A DNA stretch of 48,906 nucleotides, counting the filler, from Sphacelaria rigidula (Eukaryota): NCBI GenBank assembly GCA_964200075.2. It is 3 parts of 3 records of this genome, joined end to end, with 100 filler letters (N's around TTAATTAATTAA, not from the genome) between each part and the next. Parts side by side here need not be neighbours in the genome. Positions count along the whole stretch, not along the records: positions 32,674 to 48,906 come from CAXNAA020001434.1; 2 more parts are not named here. One strand, given 5' to 3'. The notes beneath the pieces were generated by a model, which was not told the DNA's origin, searched no databases, and worked only from the letters and a program-made list of their open reading frames with translations. Below, one piece after another: positions 44,301-48,906 of the stretch. Numbering within the stretch: the first letter of the stretch is position 1; each line of letters starts with the position of its first letter. A program made the position numbers and the translations under genes.

Positions 44301-47300
44301 TTCTCTCTCAGACACATACCTCGTCGATCCACCTGCTTCAGGCGTTAGCAACTTTGGTCTATAATCCGAATCTAGCGGGGTTTGGACACACCGGGCATCA
44401 GCTGGGTGCTTGCTGTGGCTTCTGGAGCTATTGGTATGTCGATTTTGCGGGAGCTTGCTCATCTTAACGCCTGAGGATGACCCCTGCGGGACATCTCTGC
44501 GGCGCAAGGGTCGCCCGCTATGCTGTCGGGGCATGATCGACTGTCCTGTGCTGTTAGCGATTGATGCAAGCGATCGTAGACCCTTGCGCGAACGCACCGC
44601 GATGCCGACGTCTGCACAACAAAATCACTACGGTCGACACATCTGGCGAAGCTTACAGCGAAATGTGTATCGACGTAGCTGACAATCGGCAGGCATCAGT
44701 AAAGAGGTGGCGGTGCCAATGGTTGGATCTCTTCTGATACTTGTTGTCAAACTACGGACCATGAAGCGAAACAAGTCGCCCTACTCCTACTCTTGCTTTG
44801 TTCGGCCGTTTCGCGGTGGTGTTTCTCCGCCTTAATGGAGAACACAAAGTGTGCTACGGTGTATGCGACACTTTTGTCAGCTCGAAACACAGGGTAAAGT
44901 GTTTTGTAAAGGGCTACTAATAATAACACTCTTCCGTTGACGTCGGGGATCGACCGCCCAGCAGTTGATCTGCACATTTTTTCTGTTCGGTTGACAGGGC
45001 ATCTACTTCAATATATTGATGTTTAAATGAATGGGTCCGTGTACTTCACCAACTCCTGAGAAGCTGGCCCCGCTTGGGGGTGCTCAAGCCACAACATCCA
45101 TTTCAAAGACGATGGATACTTCAGGCCATTCGACGGAGAGCTAGTGTTACTTGTAACAGCCGATCCCGATTTTCTGGGTTGAATTATAAAGTGAGGTTCA
45201 ACCCGCCAATCGCTTCCGTTAGGAAAATACCAAACAGTAACACAAAAGGAAGGTATTTTCCCCCAACACTCCGCAGGAGGAGTTGGGCAGTTCGAGCTAG
45301 GTGCACCCAACGAATGCGGTGTACACGCGTGTCGATGGCGATATCACCAGAGAGAGAAGCAACGACAGAGAGCCGCCCGTGTCCTTTGTGTGTCCTCGCT
45401 CGGCGATTACCAACCGCTCGAAAGACTGGCATCATTGATCTTACCAGCATGTGCCAAATTTTCCATGTCCCGAAACACCAAGCTGCGGAGAGTTCCTGAG
45501 CACCTCATCATCGATGCGAAGATCAGTTTCTCTCTGGCTCTCTTTTTGGACAGCACGCGCCTCTGTGCGCTGAAGAACATATCCTTGAAAAACAGGGCAA
45601 TATTTCCGTCACCGCTACTACTGTTCTCTGTCACACACATGCCCGCAAGGACGGTGCTGCGGCAAAACCAGATAGATCCAATATGAACTTAGGGGGTGTT
45701 ATTCATCGCTGATTGTCCGCCACCCCAACCGGGCGCTTGACCACACGCCAGGTGGGGATAGTGCACGAGAGATCAAACACTTGTAAAGACCTTCTTGACA
45801 TGCAGAGTGAAAAAGTATACCTATGGTGGTGGCCTAACTATTGCTAGCATCGTGCAGAGGGGTGCGTCAGCTGCGATCTGGAGCTCTCGATGATCTACTC
45901 TACTGACTGCCTCCCGTCTACAGATGTCTGCCTATAGAGGTCATACTCGGTAGTGTAACATGTTATTATGAACCCAAAGTCGGAATGCCTTTGGAAACGA
46001 ATATGTTCGTTTTCTCAAAGTACGTTGACATGGTTGAAATGACTCTCCTTACCCGAGGGAAAGTGTCGACTATTGGGTCCGTTCAAGCGTTCGAAGATAG
46101 TGTCGAACGGCACTATGAATCTTTCCTGGCATTGGCATCTGCAAATCAGTACAGTACCATCACAAATCGACAATTTAACGTTCTTGTTAGAAACTAACGG
46201 GCATCAAAGTGTTTGCAGTTTGGAAGACGGACATTTTCATAGAGGAGAAACTCTGTGTTCCCCCGTAGCCGTTACATGCGGTCTCAAAAACTATGCTGTC
46301 CTTCTATCAAACCTGGCGGGCGGACGGCGAAGCCGCAATCCTTTCTTCTAACTTGTTATTATCACGGAGTGATCCTCAACAGATCACGAGCCAGACAGCA
46401 AGGGAGCACACAGAAAAGGGCCATCAATCCAGGATCCCCTGTTCCCTGCCACTACTCCAATCATGCAAGCGATTATACTGGAACCTACGGCTTGGTATCA
46501 TTTGGCTACGCTACGCTACTTGAAGCCAATACGTATATATCTATCGTCCAACGTTTATGTATCCACGTCATCAAACAAGATGGCGACCATCACGCACTTG
46601 TGCCTCCGAAACGACACAGCTGATCATGTGGGCGCTCATGTATTAGCCCGAGGTAAACAATTCAGCAACTGCAATATCTCCTACATATCGTAACAGATGG
46701 CAGAATGCGTTTACCTCTTTGTACGTGTGCGGTTTGGAACGTAGTCATGGGCGTGCGGTGCACAAGGAGCACCAGGATGTAGAAATGCTACTCGAGATGA
46801 AGACGGCACACCGTCTCTACTTTACTTCGGGCTTAGTTGCATTTCGCATCGTTTCCTTGCTCATGCCTGCTGAGGAAACTTGATGAAAATTAATCCAGAT
46901 TCACAAGAGGAGCAAGGCGTTGTTGTTTTTGTCGCAGTGATTGGCCACAGGTTACAGTAGTGATTACCGCTTGGCCGATTAGAACCTTCCAGGAAATTGA
47001 AATAAATCTTGATTTGTGTGTGAACGCCGGTATTCGAATCTTTAGCAAGTGGTACACAAACCTCAAGACAAGGTGCCTTCCAGACTGTAATACGTGAACC
47101 CCCCCCCCCCCCCCCCCCCCGCCTGCGCCCGGGAGGGCAAAAAGAGACCCAAANNNNNNNNNNAATAATAACAGAGCGACCACAACCCCCAAAAAAAGGC
47201 CCCACCCCATCTTGTAAACGGTAACCCCCCCCCCCCCCCCTCCCCCCAGGAGGCGATCGAGAATGAAAAATATCGTAAAATGGTGTCCAAAAATCTTTTT

Positions 47301-48906
47301 CTTCTTGTTTCTTCGCCAGAACACGAAATTGAGCGGTACCATCACCACCACGATGCTGGCCTGTACCCAAGCAGCACAAAACCGAGGAGTTTGGGCATAT
47401 CAATTGTTCTACTCGTAGCGGCCGCGGGAAGGAGAACTTGGCCGTTGGATAATGACTTTTCAGTAAAGGTGACCGCTGGAAAATTACTTTGGGGTAGGTG
47501 ATATAGAAGTGAGGCCGCAATGCTTGAGAGAGCCGCGTACTCAAGACGTGAACCCGATGGCGTTCCGTTTGTTGATCAAGGAAAGCTTACCACGAGTTGT
47601 ACGTGTTGTTGAGTGACACCAGAGGTATACAATACTACTGTGACTTGACTGTATAATTCCAGCCGGCATAAAAATGTTCTGACAGTACTCCCATGGTATA
47701 AAAAACAAATTGATGGCTCAAGGATGATCCTCTGGTGCCCGCGAAGGCAGTGCCCGCGTTCGGACAGCTGTGTCGAGGGGCAATCTCTAAAGGTCGGCAT
47801 ACTGCACAGCAACACAGGTAGAAGGGACGAATGGGAATCTCGTGAAGATAGTGTCGCTAAAGTAAGTAGCCATCAAGTCACAGTTCTGAATTATTTTTTC
47901 ATGCTAGCATGATTTGTTTCAACAAATGCGGGTCTTGCAATAACCACAGCTGCGTTTCCAGAACTTTTGACAGATTGATGTGACGTACCGCATGCTGTCG
48001 AGTCGAGTATTACGAGATGATGCTGTTCCCACGAAGAATAACAGAGACTTGAACGTAGCATACACGATCCTACCAGCTACCGTGTAAATGTAGCACACAT
48101 CACTTGTACACAAGCCTGGCACAAGCCGGGAAAAGCCGTTCAGTACCCATCATAGTACCGTCATCATTCACCTGATCAGGCGGGTACCCACCCCTCCAAA
48201 AGGGGGTACCCCCCCCTTCCTAGGGCAAGAATGGGGTTTTCGGGAATTGGAGGCGGTGTAGAACGTATTCCAGTCTTGAGGCCCCTTGATCAAGATGGGG
48301 GAAATGTTTCCCGACACTCTATTGTGAGTCATTTCTTTCAAGTGAAAATTATGCCGAACCAACAGAGGACCCACCGTGGGGGCGACGCTAGCCTCACGTT
48401 TATCAAGACAGTGGGTGGATAGTTTCGGCAGAGTTTACTTCTAGCACTTGCCCCTTTCAAGCGCAACGAAGCGATGGTCGGATGCTACTTGATTTTATAG
48501 CCTCTGTACTCCCCGTGCTCGAGGGTTCTCTTATGCCTTGATAGAGGTGAGGGTTAGATTCAGCGTTAGGGTCGTGGGCATCTCATTTACGGCACGAACC
48601 ACCGTTCCCGACCGTTTAGAAATCCACCCTCGATTTAGTCTTGCTTAGCGGTGAAGCCGTGTCTTAGCACATCAGTTTTCGATCGAAAAGGTGCGGTGGA
48701 AAACAAAACTCTCGACCGGATAGGTCGTGATTTCCACCATCTTCAAAAATGACGACGATGATTGGAATTACGACCTTTCAGATCGGGATTTCCGTGAGCG
48801 ACGATGGTTGGAATTACGATGTATCAGATATCAGCCGATCCTAATTTTTGGGGTTGAAACATGATATGAGGCTGAAGTCCCATCCCTCCATTGCAGGGAA
48901 GATACG

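Noticed and set aside
44013-44597. 194-aa ORF
   Set aside because: S/R/G-rich with no recognisable motif, no ATG at the called start, and no supporting splice structure.
46861-47544. 227-aa and 153-aa Gly-rich ORFs, and a duplicated poly(C) segment
   Set aside because: They span an N gap and homopolymer-corrupted duplicate sequence, so they are assembly artefacts.
48754-48830. Two copies of gacgatgRttggaattacga about 45 bp apart
   Set aside because: A short local duplication near the window edge, with too little context to interpret.

Overview
Eukaryotic, intron-rich nuclear DNA. Gene structure, repeat style and protein sequences suggest a stramenopile, probably a brown alga (inference, not tested). 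The window is three contigs joined by 100-bp N/TTAATTAATTAA linkers (16238-16337, 32574-32673), with two further 10-N gaps. Three conserved genes were spliced by hand: proteasome subunit beta-3 (minus, 3773-5560, start-codon exon unresolved), a complete 6-exon WDR92/DNAAF10 (plus, 10744-15298, 356 aa) and a 12-exon alanine aminotransferase lacking its N-terminal exon(s) (minus, 18792-26489). Two of the 19 fully delimited introns need GC donors. Non-coding DNA is rich in small mobile elements. These include a TIR MITE family (3 copies), a nested element whose two ends are each a ~90-bp hairpin followed by a tRNA T-arm/B-box-like motif, LINE 3' fragments whose target duplications start with C-tracts and that lack poly(A), a tRNA-derived SINE family with a duplicated head, and several foldback elements. 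The last 16 kb has no gene I can recognise, only candidate orphan or decayed exons. No rRNA, intact tRNA or CRISPR array was seen, and I found no clear multi-gene novel system. The most unusual objects are the hairpin-ended element and the C-tract-targeting LINE.
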